Assembly (NCBI GenBank): GCA_965223335.1
Contig: OZ244991.1
Location: 64,001-128,000, forward strand
Reading direction: 5' to 3'
Source: Thermodesulfobacteriota bacterium
Lineage (GTDB): Bacteria > Desulfobacterota_D > UBA1144 > Nemesobacterales > UBA2774
Length of the DNA stretch: 64,000 bases
Made by a program: the position numbers and the translations under genes. Below the pieces are notes generated by a model. The model was not told where the DNA came from. It searched no databases and saw only the letters and a list, made by a program, of their open reading frames with translations. This document shows positions 1-8,800 of the stretch, piece after piece (the first letter of the stretch is position 1; each line of letters begins with the position of its first letter).

Positions 1-1
1 A

Positions 2-439
2 GGCGGGCTTACACTGGCATGCATGGTGCTACCTCTATTCATCCGCACCGCTGAGGAGGGGCTAAGGGCTCTACCCAACAGCTACCGTCTGGGGGCCTAC
101 TCACTCGGTTTGTCTCATACCACTACGATCATGCATATCCTTTTGCCACAGGCACTCCCGGCACTCCTTGCGGGTTTCATACTAGCAATAGGAAGGGCAA
201 TCGCCGAGACTGCTGCACTGCTGTTTACAAGCGGCTATGTGGATAGGATGCCCTCTTCCCTGTTCGATTCCGGGCGAGCACTCTCCGTCCATATATACGA
301 CCTCTCAATGAACGTCCCCGGAGGCAACAGCCAAGCTTATGCATCGGCTTTGGTACTAATAACATTGATACTCGTAATAAACATCACGGCGATCTATATA
401 AGCAACAATTATTTTGGAAGGGGGCTACGCGCAAAATGA
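2..439 (+). CDS. pstA: Phosphate ABC transporter permease PstA (5' truncated by window edge)
   Basis: Frame open from position 2. Has EAA-like loop 'AEEGLRALP..RLGAYSLG' and 'GRAIAETAALLFT'. Stop overlaps the pstB start (ATGA). Confidence 0.85.
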   Translation, partial: GGLTLACMVLPLFIRTAEEGLRALPNSYRLGAYSLGLSHTTTIMHILLPQALPALLAGFILAIGRAIAETAALLFTSGYVDRMPSSLFDSGRALSVHIYDLSMNVPGGNSQAYASALVLITLILVINITAIYISNNYFGRGLRAK

Positions 440-1275
440 GTAACTACCCCAACACCACACTAAGAGTAGCAAACTCAAATTTAGAGGCCCAATCCGATCA
501 GAGCACCCAGGGCATATACCTCAGCACTAGCGATTTAAGTATCAGCTACCACGGGAAAACCGCCCTCAAAGACATTTCAATGTCCGTAGCAGCCAACCGT
601 ACTACTGCTGTCATCGGGCCCTCGGGCTGCGGAAAAACCAGCTTTCTAAACTGTATAAACCGTCTAACGGACCTAATCCCCGGTTGCCAGGTAAGAGGAA
701 GTATTAAAACCAACAACACCGAAATTATTGGCAGCGCCATCGATGTCGTAAGACTTAGAACAAAGATCGGTATGATATTCCAGAAGCCCAACCCGTTCCC
801 CCTCTCTATATGGAAAAACCTGTCCCTACCGCTTAGCGAACACGGACTTCGCGGCAAAGACGAGGTAGAAGAATCGATAACCAACGCGCTAAAAGACGTA
901 GGCCTCTGGGACGAGGTGAAAAACCGTATGCATGACTCGGCGTTTACCCTCTCGGGCGGACAACAGCAAAGACTATGTATAGCACGCGCACTAATCTTAG
1001 AGCCCGAAGCATTATTGATGGACGAACCATGCAGCTCCCTTGATCCCATTTCCACCGGTATTATCGAAGACCTTATGGCCGGGCTAAAAGATAGATACAC
1101 CTTGGTCGTAGTGACCCATAACCTCGCACAAGCAAAGCGGGTTTCAGATTATGCAGCATTTTTTTGGCCGATTGAGGAATCAGGGACTCTGGTAGAATAC
1201 GATAGGACCGACCGTTTATTTAACTCCCCGGGCAATTCCTTAACAAAGTCATACATAAACGGCATCAGAGGATAG
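436..1275 (+). CDS. pstB: Phosphate ABC transporter ATP-binding protein
   Basis: Walker A GPSGCGKT, 'GMIFQKPNPFP', signature [15 protein letters not shown], 'DEPCSSLDPIST'. Confidence 0.93.
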   Translation: MSNYPNTTLRVANSNLEAQSDQSTQGIYLSTSDLSISYHGKTALKDISMSVAANRTTAVIGPSGCGKTSFLNCINRLTDLIPGCQVRGSIKTNNTEIIGSAIDVVRLRTKIGMIFQKPNPFPLSIWKNLSLPLSEHGLRGKDEVEESITNALKDVGLWDEVKNRMHDSAFTLSGGQQQRLCIARALILEPEALLMDEPCSSLDPISTGIIEDLMAGLKDRYTLVVVTHNLAQAKRVSDYAAFFWPIEESGTLVEYDRTDRLFNSPGNSLTKSYINGIRG

Positions 1276-1407
1276 GTTTAAACCGGGAGTAAAACCCAAG
1301 AGATTAAAGATCCTAAACAATCTATGTCTCAAAACGCAATAAAACGACTATGAAAATTGGATGGTATATTATATCAAGATTTAACCTAGCACACACAAGG
1401 AGTAACA

Positions 1408-1920
1408 ATGTATAAAAAGCTCTGCTTATTCACGATCCTTACGCTTGCGATCGCAACCCCGCTTTTAATGTCATGCAAACGGGGCGGGCAGGGCAATGTT
1501 ATCGATCAGCTTTCCAAGCTCGAGTCACTTGATGGTGACGTGAATTTTTCTGCTGAGTCACTAAAGGGTAAACCGGTTGTGCTCAACTTCTGGGCCACGT
1601 GGTGCGGGCCCTGCCGCGAAGAGATGCCGCTTCTCGAAAAAACATGGAAAAAGCACAAAGATAAAGGTGTTATGTTTGTGGGAGTGGATGTAACCGACGA
1701 TAGAAAAAACGCCTTAGAATTCTTAAAGTCTGTGGGCGTAACCTACCCCAATCTATTTGACCCAGACGGCATTGTATCCAACTCCTCGGGTATACCGGCA
1801 TTACCCACCACAATGTTCATAGACAGAACCGGCAAGATTGCTCATACATTTTACGGCCCCTTTATAAACGAAAAGGGAGAAAAAGCACTAATAAACGGCA
1901 TTGCGGAGATAACCAAGTGA
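1408..1920 (+). CDS. TlpA/ResA-like thiol-disulfide oxidoreductase, probable lipoprotein
   Basis: 'LNFWATWCGPCREE', cis-Pro 'ALPTT', lipobox-like LMSC; SD AAGGAG upstream. Confidence 0.88.
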   Translation: MYKKLCLFTILTLAIATPLLMSCKRGGQGNVIDQLSKLESLDGDVNFSAESLKGKPVVLNFWATWCGPCREEMPLLEKTWKKHKDKGVMFVGVDVTDDRKNALEFLKSVGVTYPNLFDPDGIVSNSSGIPALPTTMFIDRTGKIAHTFYGPFINEKGEKALINGIAEITK

Positions 1921-2672
1921 ACCCTATCGAAGCAGAGGTAAGCCTGGTATTCGCATTCTTGGCAGGGGTTGTATCGTTTCTTTCCCCCTGCGTTCTACCT
2001 CTTATCCCTGGTTACATCTCGTTGGTATCCAAGATGTCGTTCGAGGAACTTACCGAAGACAGCGGTGGAGGAAAGCTCTCCAAGATTTTTATCCCCAGCG
2101 TTTTTTTTGTACTCGGGTTCTCATTTGTTTTCGTCGCGCTGGGCGCATCCGCTTCGTTTGCGGGCGAGTTCTTGCAGCAGCATAAAATCCTTTTACTCCA
2201 GATCTCCGGTGTGTTCATTATACTGTTTGGACTCTTCTCTATGGATGTAATCAAAATCCCACAGCTCTATAGAGAGCGCAGGTTAAATATAACCGGCGAG
2301 AAACTGGGCCTTTTCGGCACGTTCCTGCTGGGAGTGGCATTCGGGTTCGGTTGGACACCTTGTGTGGGGCCAATACTCGCATCAATCCTGCTCTACGCAA
2401 GCACGGCCGAGGGTGCTGCCAAGGGTGCCTTTCTGCTCTTCATATATTCTATCGGGCTCGGGCTGCCCTTTATACTGACCGGTCTTGCTCTGTCCAAGGC
2501 ACTCAGTGCATTCGGTTGGATAAAGAAACACTACTCTGTGTACAAGATCCTTGTAGGCGGCACACTGGTAGTGATAGGAATTCTCATGGTCTCAAACAAC
2601 CTGTTCTATCTGAATATATACGGTCAGAAAATCCTGGCTTGGGCAGGTGTGGATTTCTGGAAGAGTTTTTAA
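1917..2672 (+). CDS. ccdA: Cytochrome c biogenesis protein CcdA (DsbD-family transmembrane domain)
   Basis: 'SFLSPCVLPLIPGY' and 'GWTPCVGPIL' cysteine motifs, multiple TM segments; GTGA overlap with the upstream thioredoxin. Confidence 0.92.
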   Translation: MNPIEAEVSLVFAFLAGVVSFLSPCVLPLIPGYISLVSKMSFEELTEDSGGGKLSKIFIPSVFFVLGFSFVFVALGASASFAGEFLQQHKILLLQISGVFIILFGLFSMDVIKIPQLYRERRLNITGEKLGLFGTFLLGVAFGFGWTPCVGPILASILLYASTAEGAAKGAFLLFIYSIGLGLPFILTGLALSKALSAFGWIKKHYSVYKILVGGTLVVIGILMVSNNLFYLNIYGQKILAWAGVDFWKSF

Positions 2673-2775
2673 GAACCTGACAAACAAATCTCAAACCTGA
2701 TTAGTCCGCATAACGACAAACCCTCTCATTTCAGGCAATATTTTAATATGCGATAAACCTATTTAGCACGGTAAC

Positions 2776-3540
2776 ATGATTCTAAAAAATGTAGAGTGGC
2801 AAAAACACCCAGACACACTAGAGCTCGACGGCAATCAGATCGATCTATGGCGTATCGATCTGGACAAAGAGCGTCATAATACCCAAAAACTCTTGTCGTA
2901 TCTCTCAGATTCCGAGCTAGATAAAGCAGGGCGGATCCCAGAGGGGATTAACAAGGACAGATTTATTGTATCACGCGGGATACTACGACAGCTCTTGAGC
3001 AGCTATCTGCACTACGACCCGTCTGCGATCCCGCTTGGCTCCAACAAACATGGCAAACCCGAGATAGCACGCGACAAACTAAGCACGCCCGTTGAGTTTA
3101 ATACAAGCCATTCGGGCAATCTGATTTTGATCGCAGTAACCCGCAACACCGAAGTCGGTGTGGATATCGAATCGCTCCGAGAGGTAAAGAGACTAGATAA
3201 AATCATCGACCGATACTACACCCAGGCTGAACGTTCGTTTGTATCCTCCTGTGCATCTGAGAAGAAAAATGACGCTTTTTTCTACATATGGACCTCAAAG
3301 GAAGCGGTGATTAAGGCCAGGGGGCTTGGGGTATCCTCACGCTTGAGGGACTTCGATGTGCTCGATCACCTCGATCCCGAGAGCCTTCAGGATCCCGAAG
3401 CTGTAAATAATTATGTATCCTCAAGCAACAATAAAGAGTGGAAGATCTATAACCTCGTGCCCGCTAAAAACTATATTGCAGCACTTTCGTATAGCGGTCA
3501 GCACAAAGAGATTAAATACTGGTGGCTTGTAAACCAGTAG
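2776..3540 (+). CDS. Sfp-type 4'-phosphopantetheinyl transferase
   Basis: 'GKP', 'FNTSHSG', 'VGVDIE', 'WTSKEAVIKARGLG'. Confidence 0.9.
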   Translation: MILKNVEWQKHPDTLELDGNQIDLWRIDLDKERHNTQKLLSYLSDSELDKAGRIPEGINKDRFIVSRGILRQLLSSYLHYDPSAIPLGSNKHGKPEIARDKLSTPVEFNTSHSGNLILIAVTRNTEVGVDIESLREVKRLDKIIDRYYTQAERSFVSSCASEKKNDAFFYIWTSKEAVIKARGLGVSSRLRDFDVLDHLDPESLQDPEAVNNYVSSSNNKEWKIYNLVPAKNYIAALSYSGQHKEIKYWWLVNQ

Positions 3541-3603
3541 TATTTTTAGCCTTAGTTCATTACTTACAATTTTTAACCTTTATAAATTAAAGGTATTTCG
3601 CTA

Positions 3604-3631
3604 TTGACTATTATCACAGAATTTTTATACT
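3604..3631 (+). promoter_or_regulatory. Candidate sigma70 promoter for the zinc-ribbon/malic enzyme genes
   Basis: TTGACT (3604-3609), 16-nt spacer, TATACT (3626-3631). Confidence 0.5.
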
Positions 3632-3665
3632 TGTTGGCTACCTATTCATACACCGGGAGGTTTAG

Positions 3666-3896
3666 GTGGAGATGCCGATATTTGAATATAGGTGTAACGA
3701 GTGCTCAGCGAAGTTCGAGGCCCTCGTTTTGAATGATGAAGACACAATAGCTTGCATCAGCTGTAACAGTCAAGATGTAGAGAAAATGTTTTCTGCATTT
3801 GGAATCCATTCAAATAATGAATCTACCAGCACCGTAGCTAGTGAGTCGGGTTGTGGTTGCAGTCCGGTGGGTTGCGGTTGCACTGTGAGTAACTAA
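3666..3896 (+). CDS. FmdB-family zinc-ribbon protein (start may be ATG 3672)
   Basis: '[11 protein letters not shown]...[14 protein letters not shown]' plus Cys-rich tail [11 protein letters not shown]. Confidence 0.85.
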   Translation: MEMPIFEYRCNECSAKFEALVLNDEDTIACISCNSQDVEKMFSAFGIHSNNESTSTVASESGCGCSPVGCGCTVSN

Positions 3897-3966
3897 TCAA
3901 TTAATAGGAGTAGCTTATCAATCCCCAATCCTTGAAGAGGTATTACATAAGGAGGATGCTAACTTA

Positions 3967-5274
3967 ATGTCAAGCGCTGACGACGCTGAAAGAGATATGA
4001 AACAGGCAGCCCTCGACTACCACAGTAAAGGTAGAAAAGGCAAGCTAGAGGTCATGCCTACAAAACCCTGTACTACCCAGTGGGATCTATCACTCGCTTA
4101 CTCCCCAGGTGTAGCAGAACCTTGCAGACAGATTGATAAAAACCCCGATCTGGCATATGAGTATACCAACAAAGGCAACCTGGTCGGTGTTGTGTCTAAC
4201 GGTACGGCAGTGCTCGGACTGGGTAAAATCGGAGCACTCGCAGGAAAGCCTGTTATGGAAGGCAAGAGCGTGCTTTTTAAGAGATTCGCCGACATAGACG
4301 CTTTTGATATCGAGATCGATACAACCGACCCCGAAGAACTTATTAACACCGTAAAACTCCTTGAGCCCACATTCGGCGGTATAAACCTTGAAGACATTAA
4401 GGCACCCGAATGCTTCTACATCGAAACGGAGCTCAAACGGGAAATGGATATCCCTGTGTTCCACGACGACCAGCACGGCACAGCCATTATCTCGGGTGCA
4501 GGGTTATTAAACGCATGCGAGCTGGTCGATAAAGATATAGGCGATCTGCGAATGGTGTTTAACGGTGCCGGGGCCTCGGCAATAGCGTGCGCGGACTTCT
4601 TTATACAACTAGGCGCCAACAAAGAAAACTTCATCCTATGCGACAGCAGGGGTGTGATTTACAAGGGCCGCGAAGAGAACATGAATGAGCAAAAAGAGGC
4701 TTTTGCCATTGACACCAAGCTTAGAACCCTCGAAGAGGCCATGAGGGGGGCAGATGTGTTCGTGGGACTATCTACAGGCGGGGCGGTCTCGCCCGAGATG
4801 GTAGACTCGATGACAAACAAGCCCATTATTTTTGCTATGGCCAATCCCGACCCCGAGATTTCATACGAAGCAGCCAAGTCGGTACGTAGCGACCTCATTA
4901 TGGCCACAGGCCGCTCTGACTACCCAAACCAGGTAAATAATGTGCTCGGGTTCCCGTTCATATTTAGGGGAGCACTCGATGTCCGGGCCACAGCCATCAA
5001 TGAAGAGATGAAAATAGCCGCTGCATACTCCCTAGCCAACCTGGCCAAAAAAGGTGCGCACGGCATGGTAGCCAAAGCCTACGGTCAGACCAATTTCGAG
5101 TTCGGCCCTGAGTTCATCGTACCCAAACCCTTTGATCCCAGAGTTCTTATTTGGGAGTCCGTGGCAGTTGCCAAGGCCGCTATGGAGACCGGGGTGTCCA
5201 GAATCCGTATCGACATCGAGGAATACAAAGAGAGATTGGAAAGGATGCTCGAAGAAAGAATGAGCGAAGAATAG
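3967..5274 (+). CDS. NAD(P)-dependent malic enzyme, MaeB-like but without the PTA domain
   Basis: '[13 protein letters not shown]', 'GKPVMEGK', '[15 protein letters not shown]', '[11 protein letters not shown]', '[16 protein letters not shown]'. Confidence 0.93.
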   Translation: MSSADDAERDMKQAALDYHSKGRKGKLEVMPTKPCTTQWDLSLAYSPGVAEPCRQIDKNPDLAYEYTNKGNLVGVVSNGTAVLGLGKIGALAGKPVMEGKSVLFKRFADIDAFDIEIDTTDPEELINTVKLLEPTFGGINLEDIKAPECFYIETELKREMDIPVFHDDQHGTAIISGAGLLNACELVDKDIGDLRMVFNGAGASAIACADFFIQLGANKENFILCDSRGVIYKGREENMNEQKEAFAIDTKLRTLEEAMRGADVFVGLSTGGAVSPEMVDSMTNKPIIFAMANPDPEISYEAAKSVRSDLIMATGRSDYPNQVNNVLGFPFIFRGALDVRATAINEEMKIAAAYSLANLAKKGAHGMVAKAYGQTNFEFGPEFIVPKPFDPRVLIWESVAVAKAAMETGVSRIRIDIEEYKERLERMLEERMSEE

Positions 5275-5358
5275 TGGTGGTTTGATCCGATCGCACCAGA
5301 TAGCAGTTAATGCTGTACGTGTAAATGTAAACCACAAAGAGCTTTACAGGGCCCTAAG

Positions 5359-6264
5359 TTGCCAGACAGCATAAGCTCCTCAAACAATAAAGACCTCAAA
5401 CTCAAAACCGCTCTGCTCTCAGTATTTGCCTCACTCTTTTTAATCACCGTAAAGCTCATCTTCGGTTTTTTCACAAATTCCATAAGCATATTGACCTCCG
5501 CTGTGGATTCCCTACTCGATCTCACTGCGTCGACGGTCAACTACTTTTCAATAAGAAAGTCAGACAAACCAGCAGACACCGATCACAAGTACGGCCACGG
5601 TAAAGTGGAGGGGCTGGCAGGGTTATTCCAGAGCCTGCTTATTTTTCTCTCCTCGCTCTACCTCATATACATCTCGGGCAAGAGGATCATTTACGGCGGT
5701 GAGCTTAGCTCTTTGGACTACGGTATTTTGATTATGGCATTGTCCGTTGTCATCAGCTTTTTTGTAGCCAGACACATAAACCGAGTAGCAGAAGAGACAG
5801 AGAGCCTGGCTCTTAAAGCCGACAGCTATCATTTCCGTTTCGATGTATACACTAATCTAGGGGTCATAATCGGGCTCATTGCGATCAGACTTACCGGGCT
5901 CACGTTCATTGACTCCATCGTGTCGATTATAATTGCCGTCCTAATCATATGGTCAACCTTAGAGATCTTAAAGAAATCCATCGATGTGTTGATGGACAGG
6001 GAGCTCCCCGATCACATTGTGAAAAAAGTAGAAGGGGTCATAGAGAAATACAAACCGACCGTAAAGAGCTACCACAAATTAAGGACACGTAGCGCTGGGG
6101 CCAAGAAATTCATCGAGTTTCATCTTGTGATCGACCACACACTCAGTTTTGTTGAGTCCCATGAACTGGCCGAGGTCATCGTAAAGGATATCGAGTCCAC
6201 AATCCCTGCGTCCGAGGTCACCGTACATGTGGATCCAGACACCATTACCATAAAAACACAATGA
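5359..6264 (+). CDS. Cation diffusion facilitator (FieF-like) metal efflux transporter
   Basis: 'DSLLD', 'DHKYGHGKVE', 'ADSYHFRFD', C-terminal 'HKLRTR..EFHL..ESHE..VHVDP'; TTG start. Confidence 0.9.
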   Translation: MPDSISSSNNKDLKLKTALLSVFASLFLITVKLIFGFFTNSISILTSAVDSLLDLTASTVNYFSIRKSDKPADTDHKYGHGKVEGLAGLFQSLLIFLSSLYLIYISGKRIIYGGELSSLDYGILIMALSVVISFFVARHINRVAEETESLALKADSYHFRFDVYTNLGVIIGLIAIRLTGLTFIDSIVSIIIAVLIIWSTLEILKKSIDVLMDRELPDHIVKKVEGVIEKYKPTVKSYHKLRTRSAGAKKFIEFHLVIDHTLSFVESHELAEVIVKDIESTIPASEVTVHVDPDTITIKTQ

Positions 6265-6347
6265 TGCTCTACCCCCCTCTCCTCCGGCAATAAAATTTGT
6301 GGATAAATTAACTTTTTGATGCATTCTATTATTATGGTATTACTAGA

Positions 6348-6382
6348 GATGCAACTATTGTGTTCGGTCTGTAGTTTATATT
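6348..6382 (+). promoter_or_regulatory. Candidate ECF-sigma promoter upstream of the His-rich protein
   Basis: GATGCAACT-N17-GTTTATATT, matching the element upstream of the ECF sigma gene at 38484-38518. Confidence 0.45.
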
Positions 6383-6408
6383 AGTATAGTAATCAGGAGG
6401 AGGCGAGT

Positions 6409-6960
6409 ATGAAAAAGATAGTGATATTTTTGGCGGCTTTTGCACTTGTCCTCTCTCTCTCACCCCAATTATCTCAAACCAGTTCATTCGCTAAGAGCAG
6501 GGGCCACGGCTATAAGGGCGGTGGTCACGGCAGCTATAAACACAGCAGACACGGCGGTTACAAACACGGCAGACACGGTTATAGAGGCGACAGATATGGC
6601 GGTTACAAGCACGGCGGCTACGGTTACAAACATGGCAGACACGGATACAAGCACGGCGGTTACGGCTACAAACACGGCAGACACGGATACAAGCACGGCG
6701 GTTACGGCTACAAACACGGCAGGCATGGATACAGACATGGTGGATACGGCTATAAACACGGATACAGACACGGAGGTTATGGCTACGGCTACAAGAAACA
6801 CCGCTACAGATACAGACCTTACATAAACTTCGGTTTCAGCTACTATCCCAGCTATTACGGCTACGGGCCCTATTACGGATACTATAGCCCATACCCTTAT
6901 TACTACAGACCATACTTCCCGCTATATTTCCCCATTGCTTTCGGAATTGTCATCCGTTAA
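6409..6960 (+). CDS. Secreted Gly/His/Tyr/Lys-rich low-complexity repeat protein
   Basis: SD GGAGGAGG, signal peptide 'MKKIVIFLAAFALVLSLS...SFA', GYKHGGY/GYKHGRH repeats, Tyr/Pro-rich C-terminus. Confidence 0.8.
   Translation: MKKIVIFLAAFALVLSLSPQLSQTSSFAKSRGHGYKGGGHGSYKHSRHGGYKHGRHGYRGDRYGGYKHGGYGYKHGRHGYKHGGYGYKHGRHGYKHGGYGYKHGRHGYRHGGYGYKHGYRHGGYGYGYKKHRYRYRPYINFGFSYYPSYYGYGPYYGYYSPYPYYYRPYFPLYFPIAFGIVIR
6508..6801 (+). repeat. Coding tandem repeat, 21-nt unit with 42-nt higher-order period
   Basis: The 40-mer acggatacaagcacggcggttacggctacaaacacggcag occurs exactly at 6641 and 6683; heptads alternate across 6601-6747. Confidence 0.9.
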
Positions 6961-7080
6961 GCACCCGGGCACCTGCAGTCATTAAACACAGAGCTCCGAC
7001 ATTACCTACGAGAGTAATAGTTTAGGTATAATATTGCCTACACTATTTCACACACCTCCAAGCAACGCACACAGGTAACA

Positions 7081-7731
7081 ATGATAAAAGCCGTAATATT
7101 CGACATGGACGGGGTTATGATCGATAGCGAGCCGCTTTGGGAAAAAACCGAGCGCGAGCTCCTGGCCCGAAGAGACATCCAATACACACCCACCTATCGC
7201 GAGAAAATACTAGGACTTAATCAAAACGATTCCGGAAAGTTACTAAAAGACACTTTCAGCCTGCCCGAGTCTGTAGGGGAACTTGTAGATGAAAGGTTAG
7301 ACATTCTGATCGGTATATACGACAAAGAGCTAGAGCTCGTAAAAGGCCTACGACGACTGCTATCGGATTTAGGCGAGAAAAGACTTTCTTTGGCAGTCGC
7401 ATCGAGCTCACCTATGCGTGTTATAGAGTATGTGCTCGATAGATTCAGCCTACACAAATATTTCGAGGCTGTGGTCTCCGGCGAATGTACCGAAAACGGC
7501 AAACCCCATCCCGATATTTATATCCATGCGGCCAAAGAGCTCTGTGTTTTACCCACCGAGTGCGTAGCAATTGAGGATTCAATAAACGGGGTCAGATCCG
7601 CAAAGGCAGCGGGCATGAAGTGCATCGCAATCCCCGACAAAAGAATAGACCCCGGCAAATTCACCGCGGCAGACCATATACTGAACAATTTACTTTCAAT
7701 TAAGCACCACCACATTCATAACCCAATCTAA
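7081..7731 (+). CDS. HAD-superfamily phosphatase (beta-PGM/CbbY-like)
   Basis: Motif I 'FDMDGVMIDSE', 'ASSS', 'GKPHPDIY', 'IEDSINGV'. Confidence 0.9.
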   Translation: MIKAVIFDMDGVMIDSEPLWEKTERELLARRDIQYTPTYREKILGLNQNDSGKLLKDTFSLPESVGELVDERLDILIGIYDKELELVKGLRRLLSDLGEKRLSLAVASSSPMRVIEYVLDRFSLHKYFEAVVSGECTENGKPHPDIYIHAAKELCVLPTECVAIEDSINGVRSAKAAGMKCIAIPDKRIDPGKFTAADHILNNLLSIKHHHIHNPI

Positions 7732-7765
7732 TCCATCCTTTAAAAATGTACCCTAGCACTGTCTA

Positions 7766-8773
7766 TTAAGCCCCTGCACCGAGCCTGCCGCTTGTGGGCG
7801 GGGCCATGAATTCGGGCCCGATATGTGTAACAATGTGTTTATCGATAATAATGTCGATGGCTGTGAAAGCATCGTTATCTAGAGACCAGCCAAAGACCTC
7901 ACTTAGAGGATCAAGCTGCGACGGCCTTCTGGCTCCCCAAAGCGCTATATGCCCGGGGGCCATATCCAGCACCCACCGCAATGCCAGGTGTATAACCCTC
8001 TTGCCATAGTTTTCCTGCGCAAATTTATCGAGTTCATCTACAGCTTTTATATATTTGCTAAACCTCGGCTCCTTAAACTTCGGGTCCACTTTCCTTATAT
8101 CATCCCCCTCGAACCGAGTCTCTGTAGTCATCCTCCCGCTTAGAAGCCCTCGACATATGGCCCCGTACAAGAGCATCGTTATGTTGTTTTGGTTAGAGTA
8201 TGGGATAATGTCCTCTTCTATACCTCTCTCAAACATGTTATAGGGCGGTTGTGAGCAGTGGAGTTGTGAAACCGCACGGAATCGGTCCATCTGCTCGACA
8301 GTATAGTTACTCACACCGACTGCGCGTATCTTGCCAGAGCTCAAGAGCTCAGACATCACTTCAGCCGGCTCTTCTATCGAGCACTCATAATCCGGCCAGT
8401 GAATCTGATATATATCAATATAGTCCGTTTGAAGCCTTTTAAGAGAATCATCAATCTCAGTTCTGATTCTTTCCTTTGTTGAGTTCCTATACACTTTACC
8501 CGTGGTCCAGTCGAGTCCCGCTTTTGTAGCTATGACTATGTTTTCTCTCCCGCCGTATTCTGCTACTGCCTTCCCTACAATCTCTTCGGAGCGGCCAAAC
8601 CCGTAAATGGCTGCGGTATCGATGAGCGTTATCCCATTGTCGAGGGCCTTATGGATCGTATCGATCGACTCCCTCTCGTCACTCCCTCCCCATAGCCAGC
8701 CCCCAATGGCCCATGCCCCTAGCCCTATCCTAGAGGATTTAACCTCAGTTCCCTTGACAGTTACGTGTTCCAT
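7766..8773 (-). CDS. Aldo/keto reductase
   Basis: 'IGLGAWAIGG', 'DTAAIYGFGRSEE', 'IATK', 'YIDIYQIHWPD', 'VGVSNY'. Confidence 0.92.
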   Translation of the reverse strand: MEHVTVKGTEVKSSRIGLGAWAIGGWLWGGSDERESIDTIHKALDNGITLIDTAAIYGFGRSEEIVGKAVAEYGGRENIVIATKAGLDWTTGKVYRNSTKERIRTEIDDSLKRLQTDYIDIYQIHWPDYECSIEEPAEVMSELLSSGKIRAVGVSNYTVEQMDRFRAVSQLHCSQPPYNMFERGIEEDIIPYSNQNNITMLLYGAICRGLLSGRMTTETRFEGDDIRKVDPKFKEPRFSKYIKAVDELDKFAQENYGKRVIHLALRWVLDMAPGHIALWGARRPSQLDPLSEVFGWSLDNDAFTAIDIIIDKHIVTHIGPEFMAPPTSGRLGAGA

Positions 8774-8800
8774 ATAGCCTCCCTAGAATTTTGCAGAGAT

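Noticed and set aside
6298..6306. Perfect DnaA box (TGTGGATAA)
   Set aside because: Single copy with no box cluster or dnaA nearby; not evidence for oriC.
6262..6306. Selenocysteine readthrough at TGA stops (CDF gene, cus leader ORF)
   Set aside because: The proteins look complete at the stop and no downstream homologous continuation was recognised.
6600..6750. Tandem repeats as a possible CRISPR array
   Set aside because: No unique spacers, in-frame coding periodicity, and no cas genes in the window.
6440..6826. Alternative-frame Thr/Ala/Asp and Val/Ala/Ser repeat ORFs (6440-6826 +, 6484-6801 -)
   Set aside because: Shadow frames of the GYKHG repeat; only the 6409 frame has an SD and a signal peptide.
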